Shown: one piece after another, positions 48,083-60,944 of the stretch
How positions within the stretch are numbered: the stretch's first letter is position 1
Layout: each line of letters begins with the position of its first letter
Translations under genes and position numbers: made by a program
Assembly (NCBI GenBank): GCA_051439505.1
Contig: JBFRWI010000148.1
Coordinates: forward strand, 1 to 64,000
DNA length: 64,000 nucleotides
From: Hormoscilla sp.
GTDB lineage: Bacteria; Cyanobacteriota; Cyanobacteriia; Cyanobacteriales; Desertifilaceae
Direction of reading: 5' to 3'
The notes under the pieces: generated by a model
Databases searched by the model: none
What the model was told of the DNA's origin: nothing
The model's input: the letters and a program-made list of their open reading frames with translations, nothing else

Positions 48083-49534
48083 ATGAGCAAAAAACAAGAA
48101 AATGTATTGCTTTCAATTTCTATTATAATAGCCGTTGCTATTTTAGGTATTGGGGGACTTTCATTATTCCAACTACTCGAAGAGCCGAAAAACCTGGATA
48201 ATCCGCAGGATAGGTCCTCACTATTAGAAAATACAAATGGTCAAGAAAAAGATGTTGGGGATCGAATTAGTTTTGGGGATAAAATTATAGTCAAAACAGA
48301 AGAAATCCGCAATAAAAATCAAGAGTTTCAAGATGCAAAAAAAAGAGGAATATTGGCAATGGCTGACGGAAATTACGAGAAAGCAGCTAGAAACTTTGAA
48401 GAGGCAATCAGCAAATACGGTAATGCACCGGAAACCCTAATTTATCTGAATAATGCCCGCATTGGTGCCAATAAATTCTACAGCATTGCAGTGTCGGCAC
48501 CAATTGGTACAGACCCGGATACAGGCTTAGCAATGCTGCGGGGTGTTGCTCAAGCCCAAAACGAAATAAATCAAGCTGGAGGAATTAATGGTGTGCTGCT
48601 AAAAGTGATAATTGCTAATGATGATGACGATCCAGAAATTGCAAAAAAAATCTCGTCAGAATTCGTAAAAGAAGAAATATTAGGTGTAGTAGGTCATTAT
48701 TCTAGTGGGGTAACCATAGCGGCTGGAGATGTCTATGATTCAGGTAAACTTGTAACAATCTCTGCTGCAAGTACCTCAGTGAAGCTGTCAGGATTTAGTC
48801 CCTACGTTTTTCGTACCGTTCCAAGTGATGCTTTTGCTGCCAGAGCGTTAGCGAACTATATGATGACGGAGCTACAGCAAAATAAGGCAGCAGTTTTATT
48901 CAATCCTGAAAGTATCTACAGCCAGTCTATAAAATCTGAATTTGTCACGGCTGTTTCTTTAGGGGGAGGACAAGTTGTTGACGAGATTGAATTCTCAGAT
49001 AAAAATTTTAATGCATTCAAACTTGTGCAACGGGCAATTGACCGGGGAGCACAAGTGCTAATGCTAGCCCCTACTCCCGTTTCTCTAGATAAAGCGTTGC
49101 AGGTCGTTACGGTTAATCGAAAAAGGTTATATCTGTTGGGGGGAGATGTTATGTATGCGCCTAAAACTTTACAGGTTGGTGGAGAAGAAGCGGTTAACAT
49201 GGTACTAGCTGTTTTCTGGCACATTGATGGCGATCCAAACTCAAACTTTCCTCGGAGTTCTAGAAAGCTTTGGAGCGCAGATGTCAACTGGCTCACAGCA
49301 ATGTCTTATGATGCAGCACAAGCTTTGATAGCAGCGATCGAGAGAAATCCTACTCGCTCTGGGGTCCAACAAGCACTCTCTGCCCCAGATTTCTCAGCTA
49401 CCGGAGCCACCGGAACAATCCTGTTTCAGCCTTCGGGCGATCGCAATGGTTCCGTTCAACTGGTGAAAATTATTGCTCCGTCTGGTGGTTCTCGCTCTGG
49501 GACTGGCTACGATTTCGTGCCCGTACCCAGATAA
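48083..49534 (+). CDS. Membrane-anchored branched-chain amino acid-type substrate-binding protein
   Basis: N-terminal TM, PETLIYLNNA, GVAQAQ.EIN..GGING, GHYSS, FRTVPSD. Confidence 0.88.
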   Translation: MSKKQENVLLSISIIIAVAILGIGGLSLFQLLEEPKNLDNPQDRSSLLENTNGQEKDVGDRISFGDKIIVKTEEIRNKNQEFQDAKKRGILAMADGNYEKAARNFEEAISKYGNAPETLIYLNNARIGANKFYSIAVSAPIGTDPDTGLAMLRGVAQAQNEINQAGGINGVLLKVIIANDDDDPEIAKKISSEFVKEEILGVVGHYSSGVTIAAGDVYDSGKLVTISAASTSVKLSGFSPYVFRTVPSDAFAARALANYMMTELQQNKAAVLFNPESIYSQSIKSEFVTAVSLGGGQVVDEIEFSDKNFNAFKLVQRAIDRGAQVLMLAPTPVSLDKALQVVTVNRKRLYLLGGDVMYAPKTLQVGGEEAVNMVLAVFWHIDGDPNSNFPRSSRKLWSADVNWLTAMSYDAAQALIAAIERNPTRSGVQQALSAPDFSATGATGTILFQPSGDRNGSVQLVKIIAPSGGSRSGTGYDFVPVPR

Positions 49535-49679
49535 TACTCGATCGTTAGTAGGGCACCATCCATGACCCCACCACCGGTAACTTCCTGTCGAGGGCAGGTG
49601 GAGATGAGCACTTGCCCACTACTAATCTAAAGGCAAAGCCTCAATTAGAAAATTATCGCCGAACTTGTCCGCAGCTCCC

Positions 49680-49860
49680 CGTTCACCGCAGCGTGCTGTA
49701 TGAAGCTGTAAAACTGGCAAAATCGGACAATGCCAAAGATAAGAGTACAGCCCTGGCCATTTTCCAAAGAGCAAAAGAATTACAGCCAGATATCGACCTC
49801 GATCCCACTACCGTAACTGTCGAGACCGATCCGAAGGCTATTATGGAGTCCGCTCAATAG
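49680..49860 (+). pseudogene. Orphan C-terminal fragment of a TPR/WD40-type protein
   Basis: ALAIFQRAKELQPDIDLDP...ETDPKA with no credible start. Confidence 0.4.
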
Positions 49861-49880
49861 ATTAAGTCACTCAGAACGTT

Positions 49881-50495
49881 ATGTCACGTCCCCAAATCCT
49901 GCAACAGAATCAATCTTATAGCTTTCGCTCTTATTTTGAGCTTCCCTATGACACCGATGATATCTTAGCCGAATTAGGCTATAGATTCCAAATCCAGAGA
50001 TTATCCTTACCTCGTTCCGAGATCGAGTTACCCCGCCTGAACGATCTTAAACAACTGTTGGAAGAGATTCTCCCATTTGTCAGTCTTTCCAGTGAAACCG
50101 CAAGGCGGGAATTATTAGTTGCTCCCTTGATAATGGAAATAGTCAGACTCTGCCATTGTCAACTGCGCATCGAATATCCTGTCAATGTCAGTTCCTGGTT
50201 AAAAGGTGATTTGGATTATTTGTTGCGATCTTCCCGCCAAACCGTAACAGTCATTGAAGCGAAACGGGACGATCTGACGCGAGGGTTTACCCAACTAGCA
50301 GTACAAATGATCGCCCTGGCGCAAATGGAAGAGCAAGAAATCCTTTATGGTGCCGTCACCATTGGGGAAATCTGGCGATTTGGTTTCTTAGATTCTCATA
50401 GTAAAACCATTACTCAAGATTTATCCCTATACAATGTGCCCGATAAGTTGGAAGATGTTATGTCTATTATCCTGGGCATTCTCACAGAAAATTGA
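49881..50495 (+). CDS. Restriction-endonuclease-like (PD-(D/E)xK) hypothetical protein
   Basis: SETARRELLVAP, G.LDY...VIEAK, QLAVQM, YGAVT.G..WRF. Confidence 0.75.
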   Translation: MSRPQILQQNQSYSFRSYFELPYDTDDILAELGYRFQIQRLSLPRSEIELPRLNDLKQLLEEILPFVSLSSETARRELLVAPLIMEIVRLCHCQLRIEYPVNVSSWLKGDLDYLLRSSRQTVTVIEAKRDDLTRGFTQLAVQMIALAQMEEQEILYGAVTIGEIWRFGFLDSHSKTITQDLSLYNVPDKLEDVMSIILGILTEN

Positions 50496-50640
50496 TAATT
50501 GATAATGGCTAATTGCTAATGGCTAATTGCTAATGGCTAATGGCTAATGGCTAATGGCTAATGGCTAATGGCTAATGGCTAATGGCTAATCAAATATGAA
50601 AACATTTTCTATTTTGAAGGAGAGGCGGGCGATCGCGTGC
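50495..50640. repeat. (GCTAAT(G/T))n array plus 42-bp segment; direct copy at 52560-52710
   Basis: AAATATGAAAACATTTTCT.TTTTGAAGGAGAGGCGGGCGAT at 50592-50633 and 52659-52700, 1 mismatch. Confidence 0.85.
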
Positions 50641-50864
50641 CGGAATTAGGGGCGATCGCGTGGGTAGCATCTGGTGTATAGTAATTTAGCCCCTGCGCAG
50701 CGGAGGTGGCCCGGAGCGTGGGCTTTGTATCTGTAGCTGGACCCTTTAGGGTTCGGGCCGCGCAAATATGAAAAAATATGAGATGCACCCTTCTTGCTAT
50801 TGTTGCGGGGCTTGTAGAACCGGAAATTTTCAGGTACAATAGAGAAAGACATTATTCTCAACCA

Positions 50865-51425
50865 ATGCTAAAAGCTAAAACAATCCCAATATTCGCGGCG
50901 ATCGCCATATCGAGTATAGTCATGGCAGCTTGCACTCAAGCGGTTGATAGCAAAACAGGGATCCAACAAAATGTCAAGCCCAATGGTCAGGAAAACTCAA
51001 GTGCTATTCCCCAAGAGGTGGATCCGGGATTACAGAACAAACAAACAGATCGAGAGCGAGAGCTGAACGCATTTTTCGCCAGCGGCAAGTATAGCTATTG
51101 CGATGCCAAAATCCTGGCAAACTACTGGGGACAGTCGGTTGTGGAAGCAAAAGCTCGCATCGGTCGCAAAATCATTTGGGGAAAGAAGGACGTTCTGTAC
51201 CTGGAACAGTTTATGGTAGATGCTCGCGTCCGCGCCTTGCAAAACCCAGAGGAACTTTGCTATTTCCAGGAAAATAAATATACCTACAATGATGCAGTGG
51301 TCCTGGCTGAATTTTGGGGCGATCGCACTCCCTGGGAGGCGAAGTTACGCATTGAGAGAAACATGATACTGGGCAACAAGCAGATCGTTCAACAGACTCT
51401 GCGTCTGCTTAATAATCGCCCATAG
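50865..51425 (+). CDS. Lipoprotein with an internally duplicated domain
   Basis: Lipobox MAAC; YSYCDAKILANYWG..VVEAKARI and YTYNDAVVLAEFWG..PWEAKLRI. Confidence 0.75.
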   Translation: MLKAKTIPIFAAIAISSIVMAACTQAVDSKTGIQQNVKPNGQENSSAIPQEVDPGLQNKQTDRERELNAFFASGKYSYCDAKILANYWGQSVVEAKARIGRKIIWGKKDVLYLEQFMVDARVRALQNPEELCYFQENKYTYNDAVVLAEFWGDRTPWEAKLRIERNMILGNKQIVQQTLRLLNNRP

Positions 51426-51456
51426 GGGATAAATTGGTAAAAATCGGGAATGGGGA

Positions 51457-52572
51457 ATGGCGGATCTCAATTGGAAAATCGGCTTTGAAATTGAACTGAT
51501 GGCACCTTTGGGGTTGAGTAGGCGCGATCTGGCAGAGGCGATCGCCCAAAAATGTAGCGGTTCAGTTAGCCGTTTCTTTCATCCCCAAACGGAACCCAGC
51601 CAAGTTCCGGGTACTCCCCTGTTCCATAATCTCACTCTCGGCTTCGAGGTCACAGACTCCCAAGGGCAAGTTATAGCTCGCTGTGTAGATGACTTAACTC
51701 TACAGGACGACTTCGACAAAAATTGCCCGCCCCAACCGGGATGGTATCGCATCCTCAGCGACGATCCCAGACTGCTGCAATTAATTATTCAACAGGCCGA
51801 TCCCGCAGCCGAAATCTCAGCAGTTCTTCAGCCGATCGCCCGGCTATTTGGCACTCAAACTGAAACAGGATCTGAAGGGATGATACGGGTCAAAGATCGT
51901 ACTGGCGCTCCCATCGCCATAGCAGCGCCCCTACCAGGAGAACGAGAACGCCCCTGCGAATTAATTACCCCCCCCTTCCATACCCGTCACGGCGATCGCC
52001 TGGGAGAACTCCTCGCCATCGCCCGTTCCCTAGGGTTCGGGGTGCCTGCGGAAGGGGCCTGTCACCTGCACTTCGATGCTGCGCCATTATGTGCTGCTCC
52101 CGTCCTGGCCAACCTGGTCTGTCTTCTCTGGACTCACGGAGCCAACCTGCGACGACTGGTGGGTACCAACCCCAAATGCCGCCGACTGGGAAGTTGGCCT
52201 CCAGAACTTTGGGAGATCGTATCGATGCCCGAATTTCGCCAACTTCCTTGGCCAGAAGCATCCGCTTGTCTCCAACAGCTCGAACTCTCCAAATACTGCG
52301 ATTTTAACCTGAAAAATTTCATTCACTCAATTCCAGACAAGCATACCTTTGAAGCGCGAATTTTTCCTGTTTGGCAACAGGAACAGCCAATTCTCGCAGC
52401 CGCTAGTTTAATAGAAGCTATCTTGCGTCGGGCCCAAGCAGAGGAGGAGATACCCCCCATCCCACCTCTCGAATGGAGTCTAGCACAGATGGAGGCTTTC
52501 TTAAACTACCTGCCCATGTCCCCAGAAATACGCCAATTTTGGCTATCGAAAGCACAATTTGCTAATGGCTAA
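51457..52572 (+). CDS. Putative amidoligase (COOH-NH2 ligase type 2)
   Basis: IGFEIE, ELITPP, HLHFD, KY..FN, TFEAR motifs. Confidence 0.8.
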   Translation: MADLNWKIGFEIELMAPLGLSRRDLAEAIAQKCSGSVSRFFHPQTEPSQVPGTPLFHNLTLGFEVTDSQGQVIARCVDDLTLQDDFDKNCPPQPGWYRILSDDPRLLQLIIQQADPAAEISAVLQPIARLFGTQTETGSEGMIRVKDRTGAPIAIAAPLPGERERPCELITPPFHTRHGDRLGELLAIARSLGFGVPAEGACHLHFDAAPLCAAPVLANLVCLLWTHGANLRRLVGTNPKCRRLGSWPPELWEIVSMPEFRQLPWPEASACLQQLELSKYCDFNLKNFIHSIPDKHTFEARIFPVWQQEQPILAAASLIEAILRRAQAEEEIPPIPPLEWSLAQMEAFLNYLPMSPEIRQFWLSKAQFANG

Positions 52573-53202
52573 TTGCTAATGGCTAATGGCTAATTGCTAA
52601 TGGCTAATGGCTAATTGCTAATGGCTAATTGCTAATGGCTAATTGCTAATGGCTAACTAAATATGAAAACATTTTCTCTTTTGAAGGAGAGGCGGGCGAT
52701 ATCGGGTGCATAAATTCTGGGCGATCGGGTGCAGGAGCAGTCTGGGACAAGGCATCAATTAATTTATTCTCATACTGAGGCCGTACAGATGCCGATAACA
52801 GGCGATCGCCCTCCCGTGCCTGGGCAGGGCCTGATGAACGCCACCGGCGTTCTCCGCAGTTAAGGCAATAACCTCCCAGACCGCGATCGCCTCAAAACTT
52901 ACCCTTGTGAGGGACTGGTCCCCCTATCATGGCAGCTGACACCAGTTCCTGGCCAGTACCAGAGAAATGTAACAAAACTTATAGTTTTCTCAGATACGGA
53001 CAGAGGTAGCCTAAGATAAAAATCGTTACGCTTTTTAATAAACGGCGTGGTCAACCCAGATTAATCTAGAGCCCGATCGCGATCGGCCACAGGCAGTCGG
53101 TAAGAGTGAATAGCAGTATAAGCGCTGGCAAAATGTGGTAGAAACAGGGTTGTCCAGTGGCACGCTTAGTCAGGAAGAGAACAAAAATAAGAAGGGAGCT
53201 AA

Positions 53203-56496
<3,294 letters not shown>

Positions 56497-56786
56497 AGCA
56501 CCGGTGTGGAGCGGCAGTTCGGGGGCAAGATCGAGGCCCCTGAACTGCGACAGCTGCGGCTGAGGGCAGAAAAATGAGGAGAAATATTAAATATTGTGAA
56601 GAAGAGATTGAAAAAGCAACCGAAATGCAGCAGAATAAAAGCTGAGTTAGTTGCGGCGCACCGAAATCCAACTGAGGTTGCTCCAGCAGGCCCAAAAGAA
56701 ATAACTGAGTATAAACTCTCTGTTAGCATTGGCGCCAGCCAAGTGAAGACCGATTTGGTTACATTAATTATTGGAGGAATCCACGC

Positions 56787-57272
56787 ATGAGTATAGTCAC
56801 GAAATCAATCGTGAATGCAGATGCTGAGGCCCGTTATCTCAGCCCTGGTGAACTAGACCGGATCAAAAGCTTTATCACATCAGGCGAACAGCGTCTGCGG
56901 ATCGCTCAAATTTTGACAGACTCCCGCGAACGGATCGTTAAGGAAGCAGGAGACCAACTGTTCCAAAAGCGCCCAGATGTGGTTTCTCCCGGTGGTAATG
57001 CTTATGGTGAAGAAATGACCGCTACCTGCCTGCGGGACATGGACTACTATCTGCGTCTGATTACCTACGGAATTGTCGCAGGAGATGTAACCCCGATCGA
57101 AGAAATCGGTCTGGTGGGTGCCAAGGAAATGTACAAGTCTTTGGGAACTTCCCTGGATGCGTTGGCGGAAAGCGTCCGCTGCATGAAGAGTGTCGCCACC
57201 GGCATGATGTCTGGTGACGATGCTGAGGAAGCAGGATCATACTTTGACTACGTGGTCGGTGGTCTGCAATAG
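56787..57272 (+). CDS. apcA: Allophycocyanin alpha subunit
   Basis: [32 protein letters not shown]. Confidence 0.98.
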   Translation: MSIVTKSIVNADAEARYLSPGELDRIKSFITSGEQRLRIAQILTDSRERIVKEAGDQLFQKRPDVVSPGGNAYGEEMTATCLRDMDYYLRLITYGIVAGDVTPIEEIGLVGAKEMYKSLGTSLDALAESVRCMKSVATGMMSGDDAEEAGSYFDYVVGGLQ

Positions 57273-57343
57273 GAGATATTCCTTCCCTTACCCGCTGCCC
57301 AAGAAAGTCCACAAAATTTAGGTAACTTCAAAGAAGCAAAACA

Positions 57344-57829
57344 ATGCAAGACGCAATTACCGCTGTAATTAATTCCTCTGATGTCCAAGGTAAGTACCTG
57401 GACTCCGCTGCCCTCGACAAGCTGAAAGGCTACTTCCAAACAGGTCAACTGCGCGTGCGTGCAGCCACAACTATTAGCGCCAATGCAGCCGCGATCGTCA
57501 AAGATGCTGTGGCCAAAGCCCTGCTGTACTCAGACGTCACCCGTCCCGGTGGCAACATGTACACCACCCGTCGCTATGCTGCTTGCATTCGCGACTTAGA
57601 CTACTACCTGCGCTACGCCACCTACGCCATGTTGGCCGGCGATCCTTCCATCCTGGATGAGCGGGTGCTCAACGGCTTGAAGGAAACCTACAACTCCTTG
57701 GGTGTGCCCATTAGCACTACAGTGCAAGCCATTCAAGCGATGAAAGAAGTCACAGCTAGTCTGGTGGGCCCGGATGCCGGTAAGGAAATGGGCGTCTACT
57801 TTGACTACATCTGCTCTGGCTTGAGCTAG
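57344..57829 (+). CDS. apcB: Allophycocyanin beta subunit
   Basis: [29 protein letters not shown]. Confidence 0.98.
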   Translation: MQDAITAVINSSDVQGKYLDSAALDKLKGYFQTGQLRVRAATTISANAAAIVKDAVAKALLYSDVTRPGGNMYTTRRYAACIRDLDYYLRYATYAMLAGDPSILDERVLNGLKETYNSLGVPISTTVQAIQAMKEVTASLVGPDAGKEMGVYFDYICSGLS

Positions 57830-57860
57830 GAATTTTTCTGACTGCCTAGCCACTCATTGA

Positions 57861-57949
57861 GTCTGGGAAGTCGAAAGTGAGTCCTAGCCCGTTACTAGCC
57901 TAAAGAAATGGGTTAGATCGGTCTAGGATTTACTCTTGACTCCCAGACT
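57861..57949 (+). other. Long imperfect stem-loop between apcB and apcC
   Basis: AGTCTGGGA.GTC..AGTGAGTCCTAG ... CTAGGATTTACT..GACTCCCAGACT. Confidence 0.6.
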
Positions 57950-58018
57950 TTAAGATGTAAAATTTAATAAGTTCTTTAGATTTAAGCTTTTCAGCAAGAA
58001 ATAAGGAGAAATAGACCC

Positions 58019-58222
58019 ATGCGGACGTTTAAAATTACAGCCTGCGTTCCCAGCCTAAGTCGGATTCGCACCCAGCGGGAACTGCAAAACACCTACTTTA
58101 CCAAGGTAGTTGCCTACGACAACTGGTTTCCCGAACAGCAACGGATCATGAAAATGGGAGGCAAAATCCTCAAGGTGGAACTGGCTACTGGTAAAGTGGG
58201 GACGAACACGGGGCTGAAGTAG
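58019..58222 (+). CDS. apcC: Phycobilisome small core linker
   Basis: FKITACVPS..RIRTQRELQNTYFTK. Confidence 0.97.
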   Translation: MRTFKITACVPSLSRIRTQRELQNTYFTKVVAYDNWFPEQQRIMKMGGKILKVELATGKVGTNTGLK

Positions 58223-58503
58223 ATAAAGCGGCTTGCAAATTTTTGGGATGATAGCACTCAATGGTTGCAAATTGCCAATTGAAAATTGAAAATTGAAAAT
58301 CCATTATTTGTCTATTTATGAACATTTATAACGATTTCAATTGACCATTCACAATTTTCAATTTGAAACCAATTACATCCCGTGGCGCGGTGGCGCGGGC
58401 GTCCCCGCCTGCGGCGTGCAACGCCGATAAAGCATTTTCATCATCGGCAGATTCAGCAAGGCAAAAGCAGGAAATCTTCCTTGGCTTTTGCCTTTTTAAG
58501 TTT

Positions 58504-58661
58504 GGCGTTGCATAATTAGGGGATGATAGGGATTGTTGATGAGTGATTATTAACAGTAATATCTGTATATATATTTGATGTTTTGTCTATTCACAATTAG
58601 CAATTATCAATTAGCAAAAGTGTGAAAATTATCAACTTCCCATACGAGAATGTGCAACGCC
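58504..58661. mobile_element. 158-bp MITE with GGCGTTGCA TIRs and 8-bp target-site duplication
   Basis: GGCGTTGCA...TGCAACGCC; TTAAGTTT at 58496-58503 and 58662-58669. Confidence 0.85.
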
Positions 58662-58684
58662 TTAAGTTTTAAGTTTAATTGATA

Positions 58685-59887
58685 ATGCTGGGTCGCTTAA
58701 TCCATTTTTTCAATCCCTCGACAGAGGAATGGGCAATGGAAGCCCGACTGCTGCGGTGGCTGACATTTCTCTGGCTGCTGGTGGGGTTGGCGGTGTTGTT
58801 TAGTGCGTCTTATCCTGTAGGCGATGCCGACTATGGTGATGGACTGTACTATTTTAAGCGACAGTTGCTATGGGCAGGATTTGGCTTGGTGGGATTCAGC
58901 CTGACAGTCAACACGCCTTTGCGATATCTATTGAAAATAGCCCAGTGGCTGGTGTTTTTGGGACTGGGGTTAATTGGGGCGACGATAATTCCCGGTTTGG
59001 GCACGACAATTAATGGTGCGACTCGCTGGCTATTTTTTGGTTCTTTTCCCCTGCAACCTTCTGAGTTGATTAAACCATTCTTGGTGCTGCAAAGTGCGAA
59101 GGTGTTTGGTAATTGGGAACAGTTGACTGTGAAGACTCGCTGGCGGTGGCTGGGGGTTTTTGTGGCGATCCTGGTGGGGATTTTGCTTCAGCCTAACTTG
59201 AGTACGGCGGCTTTCTGCGGCATGACCCTATTTCTAGTAGCGACGGCAGCAGGGTTGCCTTATGTTTATCTGGGAGCAACTGCTGGTGGCGGTTTGCTGT
59301 TAGGGATAATCAGCATCAGCTTCAATGAGTATCAGTGGCGTCGGATCATGTCTTTTTTGAATCCCTGGGCAGATCCCAAGCAGGACGGCTATCAGTTGAT
59401 TCAAAGTCTGCTGGCGATCGGATCTGGTGGTACTTGGGGGACGGGCTATGGACTGTCTCAGCAAAAGTTATTTTATTTGCCCATTCAACACACGGATTTT
59501 ATTTTTGCTGTCTATGCTGAAGAGTTTGGCTTGATTGGCAGTTGCCTGCTATTACTGATGCTAGCTGCCTATGCTACCTTGGGATTGGCAGTGGCCCTGA
59601 AGGCTAGCCCCAAGATCCATCAGCTAGTGGCTATAGGGGCGACGGTGTTAATTGTGGGGCAGTCTCTGTTAAATATTGGCGTTGCTACTGGTGTACTGCC
59701 GACTACGGGGTTGCCTTTCCCGATGTTTAGCTATGGTGGTAATTCCATGATTGCGAGTTTGCTGGCAGCAGGGTTGCTGCTTCGCGTGGCCCGGGAAAGT
59801 TCTGAAGCTGAGGCGGTCGGGATCGATCGCACTAGCTTTAAGGGGCGATCGCCTTCTGGTCGCAAGTTTCCCTCTCGCAGAAGATGA
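58685..59887 (+). CDS. ftsW: SEDS-family cell division protein FtsW
   Basis: NGATRW...QPSEL.KP, QPN, GYQ..QS, LP..HTDFIF, SYGG. Confidence 0.9.
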   Translation: MLGRLIHFFNPSTEEWAMEARLLRWLTFLWLLVGLAVLFSASYPVGDADYGDGLYYFKRQLLWAGFGLVGFSLTVNTPLRYLLKIAQWLVFLGLGLIGATIIPGLGTTINGATRWLFFGSFPLQPSELIKPFLVLQSAKVFGNWEQLTVKTRWRWLGVFVAILVGILLQPNLSTAAFCGMTLFLVATAAGLPYVYLGATAGGGLLLGIISISFNEYQWRRIMSFLNPWADPKQDGYQLIQSLLAIGSGGTWGTGYGLSQQKLFYLPIQHTDFIFAVYAEEFGLIGSCLLLLMLAAYATLGLAVALKASPKIHQLVAIGATVLIVGQSLLNIGVATGVLPTTGLPFPMFSYGGNSMIASLLAAGLLLRVARESSEAEAVGIDRTSFKGRSPSGRKFPSRRR

Positions 59888-59945
59888 AAGGATAAAAAAT
59901 GGTCTGGTAGCGCTTGATAATGAATTGAAAATGGGCGGATTAAAA

Positions 59946-60240
59946 ATGTTACGCACATTCAAAGCTGTACTGAAGGGTAATTATTTGGAGTGGCTGGAGG
60001 ATGCTCCTTTACAGGGCGATCGCCCTGTGAATGTTCATGTTATTATTGTCTCCTCAGAGTCAAGCAAAGACTTGCATGAAAGCAGTAAGAGAAGGCTTGA
60101 GGCGCTAGAAAAACTGGCAGCAAATAATGCTTTCGCGCTCTGTAGATCCAGTAGAATGGCAGCGCGAGGTGCGCCGCGATCGACCACTTCCGGGTAGAAT
60201 CAAATAATGTAATTGACAGTAATATCATTATCTATTCGCC
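59946..60240 (+). pseudogene. Decayed antitoxin plus VapC (PIN) N-terminal remnant
   Basis: MLRTFKAVLKGN..EW frameshifts into DPVEWQREVRRDRPLPGR (stop 60207); overlapping ATG then IDSNIIIY. Confidence 0.6.
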
Positions 60241-60270
60241 TTCTAGCCGCAGGTTTCCCTCACGCAGAAG

Positions 60271-60839
60271 ATGAAAGCAATAAAACTGGGAAATACTTGA
60301 CATTTGCAGAGTTTTGTCTTTGCACTTCTACTTATCAAAAGTATCCCGATCGCATTAACCCGTTTCCGCAAAACCCAGAAGAAACAATTCCCGCACTCCA
60401 GGACTTAAACAAGTTTATTATAGATGAGGCGATCGAGTATTTTGGCAGAGAGAAGTTTGAGCTGACCTATGGTTTTTGCTCTCGGGACTTAAAAAAGTAT
60501 CTGGAAAAGAAAGATCCGGTGACGGGATTGAAAAATGGTCGAGTAGCGCCTCATCTGGACCAACATATGTGCCATGAGGTGAATAAAAATGGGAAATCTT
60601 ATTGTGAAAGACTGGGGGCAGCATGTGACTTTTATATTAAGGATGTAGCAAGTAGTCAAGTGATGGAATGGATTTTAACTGAGAAATTGCCCTTTGATTC
60701 GATCTACTATTATGGAGAAAACCGACCCATACATATCAGTTACGGACCTCAGCACAAGCGAGATATCTGGACCTTTACGGATGCAGGTAAACCGACCCGA
60801 AAAGGGATTGAACACTGGGTTGAGTTGGCTAAGGAATAG
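60271..60839 (+). CDS. Peptidase M15/Hedgehog-fold-like protein, probably frameshifted at its 5' end
   Basis: LTYGFCS, DQH...GAACD, HISY motifs; the only nearby ATG (60271, MKAIKLG) is out of frame with GKYLTF. Confidence 0.55.
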
Positions 60840-60860
60840 GGATTATCTGTTATTGGTAGT

Positions 60861-60894
60861 GGTCTAAATGTAGTGATATCACTACATTTAGACC
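60861..60894. terminator. Perfect 34-bp palindrome between convergent genes
   Basis: GGTCTAAATGTAGTGATATCACTACATTTAGACC. Confidence 0.6.
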
Positions 60895-60944
60895 GTGGTT
60901 TCAGGCGCGACAATCACTGCTTACCCACTACCGCGATCGCCAAT

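Noticed and set aside
56596..56790. 64-aa ORF before apcA
   Set aside because: Lies in the apcA leader with no recognisable features
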